Assembly: GCA_002104905.1 (NCBI GenBank)
Contig: MCFE01000432.1
Span: 11,947-75,946 of the forward strand
Reading direction: 5' to 3'
Source: Basidiobolus meristosporus CBS 931.73
Taxonomy: Eukaryota; Fungi; Basidiobolomycota
Length of the DNA stretch: 64,000 nt
The position numbers were made by a program, and so were the translations under genes. Every line of letters begins with the position of its first letter. Within the stretch, counting starts at the first letter, position 1. This document shows positions 1-11,939 of this stretch, piece after piece. The notes under the pieces are model-generated. The model ran no database searches. It had not been told where the DNA came from and saw nothing but the letters and a program-made list of their open reading frames with translations.

Positions 1-360
1 ACCTATGGCTTTGAGCTATTAGATGGCCACGTCTCCATACTTCTAGATTCCTGCAGTCTCAATGAAGATATATCTTCACTTAAATCTGCTTGGAATACCT
101 TGAAAGTGGAGAAATTCCCTTTTAGTGTCAATAACTGTTCTTCATTCTTGGAAGGTCTGTGTCATCATAATGCTACGCGAGAAGCGGTGGAGTTCTTTAC
201 TCGGGAGCTTCAGGAGCTGAAAATCAACCCAGATTATAAGTTATCCATGACTCTTATTAAGCATCTCCGGTCAAAAGGCCAGCGAGAAGATGCCACTTCG
301 ATACTAGCATATATCAATACACACTTCCCACAAGTTTTCAACGAATTGGATGGGCAGTAA
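1..360 (+). CDS. C-terminal part of a helical-repeat (probably pentatricopeptide-repeat) protein, starts before the window
   Basis: Frame is open from base 1 (TYGFELLDGHVSILLDSCS...) to TAA at 358-360; PPR-like segments FLEGLCHHNATREAVEFF and TLIKHLRSKGQREDA. Confidence 0.5.
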   Translation, partial: TYGFELLDGHVSILLDSCSLNEDISSLKSAWNTLKVEKFPFSVNNCSSFLEGLCHHNATREAVEFFTRELQELKINPDYKLSMTLIKHLRSKGQREDATSILAYINTHFPQVFNELDGQ

Positions 361-637
361 GAAGGCCAAGCTGATATCTTGTTACCAACAAGATGCAGGG
401 ACCAGAATATACACCGTGGCTTTTAGGTATTAAACCGCCATCCTGACCATATCAAAGATGCCTTTGGAGAGATATATTATGGGATGGGGAACTATTCAAT
501 CATGACGATCCACGCTATGTACATTAAATGAAATCCACTCATACAGATCATTCCACACCCCAGAATTTGTCAATTGCCATTATGTAATAAATACACCACG
601 TACGTACGGGGAGACACCACTTCATTTTTCTTGGATA

Positions 638-988
638 ATGTTCGGAAGCAACAAGGAATTACCCCAGCTAGCCCCTCCCTTGGACACTCCTTATACTCTT
701 GAGGAGCTCAAGAAGTATGATGGTAGCAGTCCTGATGCTCCAATCTACCTAGCCGTCAAGGGTGTTGTTTTTGATGTTACCCCTAGACGCGAGATGTACG
801 GCCCAGGCAGCGGATATCACATCTTTACCGGTAAAGACGCCTCCCGTGCCCTTGCCACCTCCTCCCTGAAGGCAGAAGACTGCATCGCCAACATCGATGG
901 CATCACCGCCGAGGAGATGGAAACCTTGAACAAGTGGTACGACTTCTTCTCCAAGAGATACAACACCGTCGGTAGAATCGTAGAGTAA
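638..988 (+). CDS. Cytochrome b5-like heme/steroid-binding protein (MAPR/Dap1 family)
   Basis: YTLEELKKYDG, IYLAVKGVVFDVT, YGPGSGYHIFTGKDASRALA are MAPR family motifs. Confidence 0.9.
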   Translation: MFGSNKELPQLAPPLDTPYTLEELKKYDGSSPDAPIYLAVKGVVFDVTPRREMYGPGSGYHIFTGKDASRALATSSLKAEDCIANIDGITAEEMETLNKWYDFFSKRYNTVGRIVE

Positions 989-1490
989 GTTTTCTTCCAC
1001 TCCAAACCACCCACCACGTTTTTTCGGCTCGGAGGATCCCCCGTCTCTACCCCGGTCAATATGAGGGTTGTGTGTGTTTCCTCCACTTTTAAGCCTAAAT
1101 CCAATCAACGCGATAAAGTACTTTCTAGTCAAACCCATCCTTTCCCACAACAGTGCTCACAAAAAAATTGACTTGTGCCCATGAATCTAGGAACAGGCAC
1201 CGGCTTTGAGGCTTGTCGCAGGGTGCCACTCCAGTCGCAGGAAATAAAGGACCCGGGAACCGGTTGGGTGGACATCATTTTAATCTACAGCATAGCTATA
1301 CACGTTCTGCATATGCATAAAGTCGTATTTCATGAGAAACTGGTTTCAATATGAGTGGGTGGTTGCTTGAGGTTCAATGGAACCAAGGGAAACGCTGTCT
1401 AATTAAGGAACGGGCGTCGTACAAATCATTTGGCCGTGAAAGAAGGCGAGGGATCCGGTATAGATTGGAAAGGGGGGGGGAGACGAGGCC

Positions 1491-2297
1491 TCATTCCGAG
1501 CCTTGGGTGACCGTGTCAAGGGCGTGCTCAACACTGGGCTTGGGCCCGATCTGGATTTTCAGGCTTTTGATCTTGCCACCTTTCTCCACCACGATGTGGC
1601 TTCTCTTGATTCCTTTTGGTTGCTTGGTGACGCCCAGTCGCTTCAGAACCTTATATTCAGGGTCGCACAGCAACGTATAGCCTAGATTGTGTTTGTTTTT
1701 CCAGCTAGTCTGAGCCTTGGGGGAGTCCGCGGACATCCCATAGATCTTGTATCCGTTAGAGGTGGCATCGGGCAATCGGTCTCTGAAGCCGCACGCTTGG
1801 ATGGTGCATCCGGGGGTGTTCGCGCGAGGGTAAAAGAAGATAATGAACCCGTTGGACTTCGCAAGCTCTTGAAGCTTCACTTCCTCCCCAGAGTCGGTCA
1901 CCACGGGGGCCAAATCTTCGGGTAGATAGGACCCTTCAGAAAGCCCCTGACCGGCGTCTGACTCCGGCTTTTCCTCCGTTTCCTTTACCTCGCTCTTGGA
2001 ACGTGAGGCTCGAGCTTTGGCGGGCTTGGCTTCGGGCGCCGTGGCAGTGCTCTCGGGGCTGGGGCTTTTTTTGGCCGGCTCCTCTGGTTTATTTTCGGAC
2101 TTCGTGGCACGCGGTTTACGCGGTTTGGTTTCCTTCTTATCCTCCGTAGGGCTGATCTTGGCCTTGGCCGCTCTGCTTGATACCGGTTTCTTTGTTTCCG
2201 TTTTCAACTTCTTACTGGCCGACTCATCTGTAGGGATGGCCTTGGCAGCAGCAGCAGCAGCGGAAGCAGATCTTGTAACGCGTTTGGTAGGTATCAT
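1491..2297 (-). CDS. DOT5: Peroxiredoxin Q/BCP type with Lys/Ser/Pro-rich N-terminal tail (Dot5-like)
   Basis: FFYPRANTPGCTIQACGFRD peroxidatic motif; ATG at 2297 (MIPTKRVTRS) preferred over the longer ORF-track start. Confidence 0.85.
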   Translation of the reverse strand: MIPTKRVTRSASAAAAAAKAIPTDESASKKLKTETKKPVSSRAAKAKISPTEDKKETKPRKPRATKSENKPEEPAKKSPSPESTATAPEAKPAKARASRSKSEVKETEEKPESDAGQGLSEGSYLPEDLAPVVTDSGEEVKLQELAKSNGFIIFFYPRANTPGCTIQACGFRDRLPDATSNGYKIYGMSADSPKAQTSWKNKHNLGYTLLCDPEYKVLKRLGVTKQPKGIKRSHIVVEKGGKIKSLKIQIGPKPSVEHALDTVTQGSE

Positions 2298-2785
2298 TTG
2301 TATATTCTGAACGTAGTCGGGCGGGTGACGAACGTAACAAGAGGAAGGTAGGAAGCAACCGAAAACCCCTTTGAGTAAGAGAAATTTGGTGACGGAGCTG
2401 GAATTATAGCTAGATGTTATGGAGTTCGTGGTCCACCAGTCAAGAGAGAGCGATTCCAAGATTGGTGGGATGGCGAGGGAATGATCAGTTGAATTCCATT
2501 CGAAATAATTGGGAAAATTCACGCGATTTGTTGGAGTGCGAGGATCTTGCATATATGGAGGAATTGGCATTTGCCACCACACTCGCTTTCGCGTAGCACC
2601 TTATCTTGTAGGCTAGATTGGTGCGGGCCCACTACCAGTTCACATAGGTCTATTAGATTGCTGTTGTGAACAATAGAATAACAATCTTCTTGGAAGAGGC
2701 TTGCATCGCGAATATTAAGCTTGATGGGCTATGGAAATTTTCGCAACAATCGGGGATACGGTGAATGTAGAATCAATAAAATGTA

Positions 2786-2857
2786 GGGCTCAACCGGGAA
2801 TTGAACCCGGGACCTCCTCGACCCGAACGAGGAATCATACTACTAGACCATTGAGCC
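2786..2857 (-). tRNA. tRNA-Pro(CGG)
   Basis: GGCTCAA/TTGAGCC acceptor stem, TGGTCTAGT D-arm, anticodon arm CCTCG-TT-CGG-GT-CGAGG, GGTTCAATTCC T-arm; 72 nt. Confidence 0.95.
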
Positions 2858-3887
2858 GTCGTCGATTGCATGGGAGTTAAAAATGTACTCTACCATCCAT
2901 CACCTATGCATCTCACTACTCGTCTATGCATTCTCGATGTACCAATAGTAGTCGCCATGGGAATTTTTGATCTTCGAGAATTGCCAGTTGTGGAGTAGAA
3001 CCCCATATTCCAAACTAGTTTCACGAAGCTAATACATCTTTTTATGAGATTGATGTGTATTGGACGGATCGAGCATCAATTGATAACATGTCTTCCTAGT
3101 AGTTCAACCTGATTCCATTCCGAATCAGGGTGAGGGAGGAGGCTAAGTCAGGAGTAGGGTAAAGGCGGCGGTTTTGGAAACTGGCTTTTGCTGTGCGCAG
3201 TGTACGTTGAGGCTGGTTCACGGCTTGTCATATTTCCAGCAGTTCCAACGCCATGCGATGTGGTAGGGTTTTTCTGAAGCAACAGCACCCACAGACGTAT
3301 GTCTCGTCGCAACTTCAGTCAATGCTGTGTAATGCCCGACTAGATAAATGATGGTGGCTAACATGGTGTGCAGTCATGGTGGCGAATTTACATAGGATAT
3401 CTAGCTTGGATTCTGAGTAAAAAAGGGGTATTTGCCATAACGCCTGGTGACGTATGTGTATATAGCGTGGAAAATGTAGGACCTCTCATGTCAAGTATCA
3501 ATGTTTGTAAACAAATTCCCTATTTCGCCATATGGAATAAAGGATGCATTGCCTCTACAAGCGACCACAGCTGAATAAAGGCCCTCATAAAAGTTGCGGC
3601 AATGATGTAAATAGAGTTCTACCACTGCAACTGGGTTGTGGCCGATATGTGTCTTGATGTTTCACAATAAAGATCTAATCCTAGGGGAACAATTAAGGGT
3701 GAAGGAGTGCTTTTCAGGAGATTAAAACGAGGTCGTAACGACAAAAAATATCAGTTTCAAATACTGGCTTATATGAGAGACTCCGGGTATATAACCTTGA
3801 CGATTTTCCTACAATATAGTACAGCTTGCTAGTGCACTTCAATAGATACCAACAAGCATCTGGTTAACATCCAATACATCATATACA

Positions 3888-6619
3888 ATGAGAATCTCAG
3901 CCTCTACTCTACTTTTCGTTATCTCAACTGCCTGCACCGTTGGGGCCGCAACAGCAGGAGCAGCAGGTGCGTATGATACCACAGATCTTTCCAATGGATC
4001 AGGAGGTTCTGGTGGTAACGGCGGTGGTAATAGTGCCGGGACTTATGGCGCTGGCAACGGCAGCGACGGTAATGGTGGAGGTGCCGGTGGAAATGGCGGA
4101 GGCAATGGCGGCAATGGTGGTGGTAATGGTGCTGGATCTTATGGCACCGGAAATGGAGGAAATGGCGGAGGTAGTGGTGGCAATGGAGGAGGCGCTGGCG
4201 GAAACGGCAGTGGAAATGGTGGAGGAAATGGCGGCAATGGTGGCGGTAACGGCTCTGGAGCTTACGATTCTGGTAATAGTGGCAATGGTGGAGGTGCTGG
4301 CGGAAACGGCGGAGGAAACGGTGGTAATGGAGGAGGTGCCGGTGGTAACGGAGGAGGAAATGGTGGTAACGGAGGAGGTGCTGGAGCCTACGACTCTGGT
4401 AACGGTGGCAATGGAGGAGGTGCTGGCGGAAACGGTGGTGGAAATGGCGGCGGTAACGGCTCTGGAGCTTATGACACCGGAAACGGCGGAGGAAGCGGTG
4501 GCAACGGAGGAGGAAGCGGTGGTAACGGAGGAGGAAATGGTGCTGGAGCCTACGACTCTGGTAACGGTGGCAATGGAGGAGGTGCTGGCGGAAACGGCGG
4601 AGGAAATGGCGGCGGTAATGGCTCTGGAGCTTATGACACCGGAAACGGCGGAGGAAACGGTGGCAACGGAGGAGGAAATGGTGGTAACGGAGGAGGTGCT
4701 GGAGCCTACGACTCTGGTAACGGTGGCAATGGAGGAGGTGCTGGCGGAAACGGTGGTGGAATGGCGGCGGTAACGGCTCTGGAGCTTATGACACCGGAAA
4801 CGGCGGAGGAAGCGGTGGCAACGGAGGAGGAAGCGGTGGTAACGGAGGAGGAAATGGTGCTGGAGCCTACGACTCTGGTAACGGTGGCAATGGAGGAGGT
4901 GCTGGCGGAAACGGCGGAGGAAATGGCGGCGGTAATGGCTCTGGAGCTTATGACACCGGAAACGGCGGAGGAAACGGTGGCAACGGAGGAGGAAATGGTG
5001 GTAACGGAGGAGGTGCTGGAGCCTACGACTCTGGTAACGGTGGCAATGGAGGAGGTGCTGGCGGAAACGGCGGAGGAAATGGCGGCGGTAACGGCTCTGG
5101 AGCTTATGACACCGGAAACGGCGGAGGAAACGGTGGCAACGGAGGAGGAAACGGTGGCAACGGAGGAGGAAATGGTGGCAACGGAGGAGGAAATGGTGGT
5201 AACGGAGGAGGTGCTGGAGCCTACGACTCTGGTAACGGTGGCAATGGTGGTGGTGCTGGCGGAAACGGCGGAGGCAATGGTGGCAACGGAGGAGGAAATG
5301 GTGCTGGAGCCTACGACTCTGGTAACGGTGGCAATGGAGGAGGTGCTGGCGGAAACGGCGGAGGAAATGGCGGCGGTAACGGCTCTGGAGCTTATGACAC
5401 CGGAAACGGCGGAGGAAACGGTGGCAACGGAGGAGGAAACGGTGGCAACGGAGGAGGAAATGGTGGCAACGGAGGAGGAAATGGTGGTAACGGAGGAGGT
5501 GCTGGAGCCTACGACTCTGGTAACGGTGGCAATGGTGGTGGTGCTGGCGGAAACGGCGGAGGCAATGGTGGCAACGGAGGAGGAAATGGTGCTGGAGCCT
5601 ACGACTCTGGTAACGGTGGCAATGGAGGAGGTGCTGGCGGAAACGGCGGAGGAAATGGCGGCGGTAACGGCTCTGGAGCTTATGACACCGGAAACGGCGG
5701 AGGAAACGGTGGCAACGGAGGAGGAAATGGTGGCAACGGAGGAGGAAATGGTGCTGGAGCCTACGACTCTGGTAACGGTGGCAATGGTGGTGGTGCTGGT
5801 GGAAACGGCGGAGGAAACGGTGGTAATGGAGGAGGTGCCGGTGGTAACGGAGGAGGAAGCGGTGGTAACGGAGGAGGAAATGGTGGTAACGGAGGAGGTG
5901 CTGGAGCCTACGACTCTGGTAACGGTGGCAATGGTGGTGGTGCTGGCGGAAACGGCGGAGGCAATGGTGGCAACGGAGGAGGAAATGGTGCTGGAGCCTA
6001 CGACTCTGGTAACGGTGGCAATGGAGGAGGTGCTGGCGGAAACGGCGGAGGAAATGGCGGCGGTAACGGCTCTGGAGCTTATGACACCGGAAACGGCGGA
6101 GGAAACGGTGGCAACGGAGGAGGAAATGGTGGCAACGGAGGAGGAAATGGTGGTAACGGAGGAGGTGCTGGAGCCTACGACTCTGGTAACGGTGGCAATG
6201 GAGGAGGTGCTGGCGGAAACGGCGGAGGAAATGGCGGCGGTAACGGCTCTGGAGCTTATGACACCGGAAACGGCGGAGGAAACGGTGGCAACGGAGGAGG
6301 AAGCGGTGGTAACGGAGGAGGCAATGGTGGCAACGGAGGAGGAAATGGTGCTGGAGCCTACGACTCTGGTAACGGTGGCAATGGAGGAGGTGCTGGCGGA
6401 AACGGTGGTGGAAATGGCGGCGGTAACGGCTCTGGAGCTTATGGCACCGGAAACGGCGGAGGAAGCGGTGGCAACGGAGGAGGAAGCGGTGGTAACGGTG
6501 GCAATGGAGGTAATGCTGGCGGTAATGGTGGAGGTGCTGGTGGAAATGGGCAATATGATACCTCGGATCATAGCGGAAACATCCTTGGCACTTTGTACAA
6601 GAGATTCTTTGGGAACTAG
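3888..6619 (+). CDS. Secreted Gly/Asn-rich tandem-repeat protein (~910 aa after repairing a 1-nt deletion at ~4760)
   Basis: Signal-peptide-like MRISASTLLFVISTACTVGA, then GAYD(S/T)GNGG repeats. At 4751-4770 GGTGGTGGA-ATGGC lacks one A compared with sister repeats. The restored frame runs to ...YDTSDHSGNILGTLYKRFFGN* (TAG 6617-6619). Confidence 0.75.
3960..6550 (+). repeat. Coding minisatellite (GGN-rich codon repeats with higher-order ~290-nt duplications)
   Basis: Alternating GGAGCCTACGACTCTGGTAAC and GGAGCTTATGACACCGGAAAC nodes separated by GGA/GGC/GGT/AAC/AAT runs. Confidence 0.95.
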
Positions 6620-7139
6620 GCCTATTCACTCGAAAACATATATATATATATATACCTCTAACTAGAATTAGTTCAAGATATCTCGTAATAGTCAAGCAAC
6701 TATTTGGCCCTCAACTAATCTTTGAAAATAAAAGCGAACACGGATCTAACTTACTCCATCTGGCCCTAAGCAAGTTCGATCAACCGTTAGACACGATGAT
6801 GTCCGCAAGTGTGGATATTGTGGGGATAACCTGGAGCAATGTCGTATTGGTTGAAATTTTTATGATTGATTATACTTCAAGACATCTGGAAATGGGAGTA
6901 ACAAAAGGGAGCCTGGGAAAGATAATAATGGGGTTGTCACAGTAGATCAAAATAGATCGAAGGTGAGAGAAAAGCAATGATTCTTAGCAGCAGTTTAGAG
7001 GACATTTTATCTTAGAATGTCGAGATAACCGATAGAAGGTAAGGGAGTAGTGATTAGCGATCCGGGATAGGGTTGTTTATATTCTAAGCCTTGGAAATCT
7101 TCAGAAAATGGCCAAGGGGGGCGCCGAGCGGACCGGATC

Positions 7140-8077
7140 TTAACAAGCGCAATAGCCAGCATCCTCTTCGTTATTTCCTTCGGTGAGTTTAACTCCCGAG
7201 GACTGGGTTTGCTTCTGCCATAACGATGGCGTATCAATAATCTACAAGCAAGGTCATGACCAGTGTTAGGTTGATGCGAGCCAAAGAAGAGCAACTCACC
7301 TTGCGAACGAGCTCTTCGACGGCCTGGTGAACGCCGACCTTGGTCTTGGCTGAGCACTCAATAAACAAGGTTTGCATTTTTCGAGCATATTCAGCACCTT
7401 CCTTGCGACTAACCACTCGAGATGATTCCTATATTGAAAGAGATACCGGTAAGCGCAGTTCAAATCATATTCCGGATGCTGGGTCGAAGCTACCTTGTCA
7501 ACTTTGTTTCCTACTATCATCTTGACAACATCCTTGCTAGAACAATAGGTGTTCAGTTCGGTAAACCATTGGTCCAGCTGCTCAAATGTATCTCGCTCGG
7601 AGACGTCGTAGACTAGTGTATGAAATGGACTTCGTTGATATGCGTTTGATAAGTCGAGGGATTCGTCCATTAGAACCTACCTAAAATTACGCCCTGTGCG
7701 CCACGATAATAGGAGGAGGTCAGGGTGCGGAAACGCTCTTGCCCAGCAGTATCCTAATAGCAAGTGATGAATATTTGGAGAAACAGAAACACAGTTGATT
7801 TGGCCTATTTACCCAAATGGTGAGCTTGTATTTCTTATCGTCCACCTCTATGACCTTAACCTTGAAATCGACCCCTATATTCCCGAAGAAAGCGCGATTA
7901 AAACGGGTACAGGGGACTGGTAAACAGGAGCGGTATGAATGTACCAATGGTCGCGCTAACTTCATCCTGGGGTAAAAATGTGTCGTCGGTGAAGCGAAGC
8001 AAGATCGAGGATTTCCCGACACTCGAGTTGCCAATCAGCAACAGTTTCAAAGTAGCAGCAACCTCTCCGTCAGCCAT
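7140..8077 (-). CDS. RAB18: Rab18-like small GTPase, multi-exon
   Basis: Exons give MADGEVAATLKLLLIGNSSVGKS, IGVDFKVK, DTAGQERFRTLTSSYYRGAQG, IVGNKVDK, FIECSAKT, IIDTPSLW and a C-terminal CAC prenylation motif. Confidence 0.85.
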
Positions 8078-8777
8078 TGTGTATTAGTGAGAATCTAGAG
8101 ATGGAATACGAGTGAAAGTGCTTTCTAGTGGGTGGGAGTTGCAGAAGCTATGATTGTTGACCATGAATGTGGGGGGTTCAGAGTAATTAGGGATATGAGA
8201 TTAAAACCAATTCAGGGTCAAAGGGTTACAGAAGTAACCGATAATATGGGAGAATGTGCTCATGGGATTTCCATCTTATTTCACGATCATCGTCATCGGA
8301 ACATTCATCGATGCTACCAAGAGCTAATCACCCATTGTAATCACCCACCTCTGCTCTTCGAGGTCACATGCTGGTCAGTGGGTGCTGTGACGTAAGGATT
8401 GGCAAGGTTCAGTTTCCGATCTGATCAAGGGAAGTTGAATCCTTTTCACATCCATCGTAGTACCTACCTTATACCGCCTAAGGTTGGTTCTACAACCAAT
8501 GAGTCAAAGAGCCTCTTGGGCAGCCTAATGCGGGGGGGGGAGTCCAAAGCTATATTCACGGCCACACAAGCCTGGATAAGGTGCAAAACCATTAACGACC
8601 ATCCAAAGTTGGAAGGGGCACAAATACGTCGCAGTATCGTCATGATTGAATCAGCATCAATGAGGTATTTAAATGCAGAAGCCTATTGATTTCGAAAGTC
8701 GATTGATTTGTCCGAAGCCATTCTTAAAATAATCGAGGATAATCTAACTTGTCATTTCTTGATCATCAAATTTCTAC

Positions 8778-10568
8778 ATGTCTAGCTATGGCTCTAGGAG
8801 TTCATCGAGGTACTCATTTCTAGGCGAACAAAGGCTACCAGGAAACAGTCAAGCCGGGGTTGACATTCCTAGAAGCAGCCGGGATTCCCAGCTTTCAGTA
8901 GACGACTTTGATTACGGCAGCTTGGGCGCCTCTATCACCCATGACATCTATAAAAACATCGAGCCCACCCAGCGAAACACACGTTCAAACAGCTTTTCCG
9001 AGAACATTCACGCACTCTACACGAACGCTGATAACGGAAAGAGTGCTGTTGGTATGATGAAAGAGCCCGGTGGTTTCCGCAGAGATTACATTGTCCACAA
9101 AGCCCACAAGCAAGGGAAAGCGCCGCCGGTGGAAGCAACCCGAAGTTTCATGGACTATATGTATCTTTTCGATCACTTTGCCGGAGAAGATCTCGAGAGT
9201 GAAGACGACTCTGAGGAAGAGGAGGAAAGCCCAAGCGCGGTTGAATCCAGCGGTAGTCGACGTCCCTTGCTCGGACGAAGCGGGCGCAGAATTTCCCGAG
9301 CCGCCTCTCAGATTCAAGGAACCGCCTCACTGTCCAAAGCCTTTTTCTTGCTGTTTAAGGCATTTGTCGGGACGGGTGTGCTGTTTTTGCCAAAAGCGTT
9401 TGCAAATGGAGGGATCGTCTTTTCAAGTGTGGTCGCGCTCTTTGTTGCCTTCTTATCAGGGCTCTCGATGCTGCTGCTGGTGAAGGTTCGGGAGGAGGTC
9501 CCCGGGGGTTTTGGAGATATCGGAGGACAGCTATTCGGGCCAAGAATGAAATATGTCATTCTTTCATCGATCGCGCTCTCACAGGTACCGATCTTTACAG
9601 TGTTTCTTGATGGAAGGTTTTATTAATGGCCACACAAACAGATTGGGTTCTCATGTGCATACATGATCTTCATTGCGAAAAACTTGAGCGATATGATTCT
9701 GACCATATCCAAGTGCCAAGTGGTTGTATCGGATCAGATCTTGATTCTGGTTCAGCTTGTGCTCTACATTCCGTTCTCATGGCTTCGTAAGATGAACAAT
9801 CTATCGAGCGCAGCCTTGGTTGCCAACATAGCGATCTTCTTCGGCCTGATCTACATCTACTTTACCGACGTCTCGATTCTGGTCACCGAGGGCCCCGCCC
9901 CGCTCAAGGCTTTCAATAGCGAGAGTTTCGGGCTCTTCTTGGGCACCGCATTCTTCACCTTCGAGGGCATTGGGCTGGTGATTCCGATAGTGAGTTCCAT
10001 GAAGGAGCCCAGGAAATTTCCGCAGCTATTGACGGGGGCGATGTTTCTTATTGCGTTGATTTTTGTTTCCATGGGCTCTCTGTCGTATGCTGCGTTTGGC
10101 CAGGATGTGGAGGCGGTCGTGCTGCTCAGTCTTCCGCAGAACGCAGTGACCCAAACCGCCCAGGGTCTGTATGTGATTGCCATTGCTCTGACCGTGCCGC
10201 TGATGCTTTTCCCAGCGATCCGCATTGTAGAAAACGCGCTGTTTGGCAAAAAAACGGGCAAATACTCGATCAAGATCAAAATCGAGAAGAATATCTTCCG
10301 GGCGGTCCTTTGTGTATTTACCGCCGTTGTAGCCATTGGCGGCTACTCCAACCTCGATAACTTTGTTGCACTGATCGGTGCTCTAGCTTGTATTCCGTTG
10401 GCATTCATCTTCCCAGCGCTGTTCCATTTGAAGGCGCTGGCCACCAAGCCCTGGGTTCGTGCGGGGGATATTGCGCTGTTGATATTCGGTGTGGCGGTGA
10501 TGATATTTGTCACCATCAACACGCTTGCCACCTGGGGCGCCCACCCTACCAAGGATAAGTGCGCATAG
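8778..10568 (+). CDS. Vacuolar amino-acid transporter, AAAP family (Avt3/Avt4-like), 2 exons
   Basis: GGFRRDYI, LFDHFAGEDL, LFKAFVGTGVLFLPKAF, FTFEGIGLVIPI; intron ~9586-9640 (GT...AG). Confidence 0.9.
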
Positions 10569-10849
10569 AGGTATAATCTATTTTTAGAAGATATGAACCC
10601 CGTTTCCTTATTTGACCATGTGCCATCAGCCATTTCTCCATAGCACGGAGTCTAAACCAATGCACGCCTATTGTGATGCTCATTCATTACGTCAATAAAA
10701 ATATTCCATTGTACCAATGTGCCTCACCCCTTCCCAGCAGCGACTCTAGCCACATACCGTATTAGTCGAGGATTACCAATGGCCTTCAGCAAACCGGATT
10801 CTTGACTAGGGAATGGAAAGACCCAAACCGAGGCGATAGGGGTATCCTC

Positions 10850-10897
10850 CCTCCAGTGAACCAAATCATGTTACCTCCAGTGAACCAAATCATGTTG
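10850..10897. repeat. 24-bp tandem duplication
   Basis: CCTCCAGTGAACCAAATCATGTT(A/G) twice in tandem. Confidence 0.9.
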
Positions 10898-11939
10898 ACC
10901 ATATTACCACATTTATTTAAGCCTAAACCTGAATCAAGATGCTTCTCTTATTACTCCTAATGGAAATGGTCCTTGGGTGACATCACCCAGCTTCCAGCGC
11001 TTGGAGCAGTTGACCCGGTAGCCATATCCATGTTGAATACGGCAGAGCTTAGCAGCCAGTCCAATGATAACCAACCGCTCCGCCTTGCTCTCGGTGACGT
11101 TACACCACCGTAGGGTGTGGAAGGTGTATGAATCTAGACCGCTTGGCAACTAGGAAATAATAGTGCTACCCACAGCATGCTTGAGAGCACTTCATACGGC
11201 TGGTAACCGGTTGAGGACCTCCGATGTGCAAGGTAAAAGACTGTGACGATCACTGATGTTGAGAGTGCACCCTCCCATCCAATCAGCCGCCATCCTGAAC
11301 GATCTAACAATAGCGAATCGAGGAGGTGCTTGGTGAAGGTGTGGAAACAGATAGCCCGTTGCTTGGTGTCATTACAATAAGACATATACATCAAGCCTCT
11401 TAGCCCGGCATTACAGAGGCCTCACCTGAATCATGAACCTTGGTAAAATGGAAGCCTCCTCGCCAGGGTATTGGAGGGTTGATGAATCACCCGTGTGGAC
11501 GAAGATGCACAGAGATCCTAGGATATAAAAAGAAGAAACATGGCGGCCATAACAGAAAACCTGGGATATTCAAAGAAGACACACGGCGGCTACAATAGAA
11601 ACACATAACAGTCGGATCGGAACCAGAACAACCTTAAACCTGCAACCTGCAACCTGCAACCGCTCCAGTACTCCTGATTAAACCTCAACCAAAAATACCA
11701 GCCAATCGCCCTGGGTGCTGGTTCAAGTTAACTAAATAACATTTAGGTAGATGTCGAGTCCATTGTTACCGTTTTGGGAAATTCCACTTGGCAGACATGC
11801 ACGATATGGTTTCACTCGAGATCAATGGTAGGAGGAGATGAAATCGTGGGCGCGGGCGAACTAATAAATACGGACATTTCCGCTCTCGACAACCCCATCC
11901 TCAAGATACTTAGATTCTTTTCCTCCTACTGTAACAACA

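Noticed and set aside
2298-2582. N-terminal extension of the peroxiredoxin ORF
   Set aside because: Composition is unlike the downstream protein and a good ATG exists at 2297; probably UTR/promoter
3888-6619. Ice-nucleation protein identity for the Gly-rich gene
   Set aside because: Lacks the strict 8/16/48-residue AGYGSTxT periodicity; spacing between Tyr nodes varies
3940-6695. Long alternative-frame ORFs (3999-6695 -, 4706-6571 -, 3940-4773 +, and the ETAEE-rich second half of 3888-6665 +)
   Set aside because: Shadows of the GGN codon repeat, which has no stops in those frames; only the Gly frame has a signal peptide and a coherent end
10934-11394. Short ORFs upstream of the zinc-finger gene
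   Set aside because: No recognisable motifs or splice-consistent continuation
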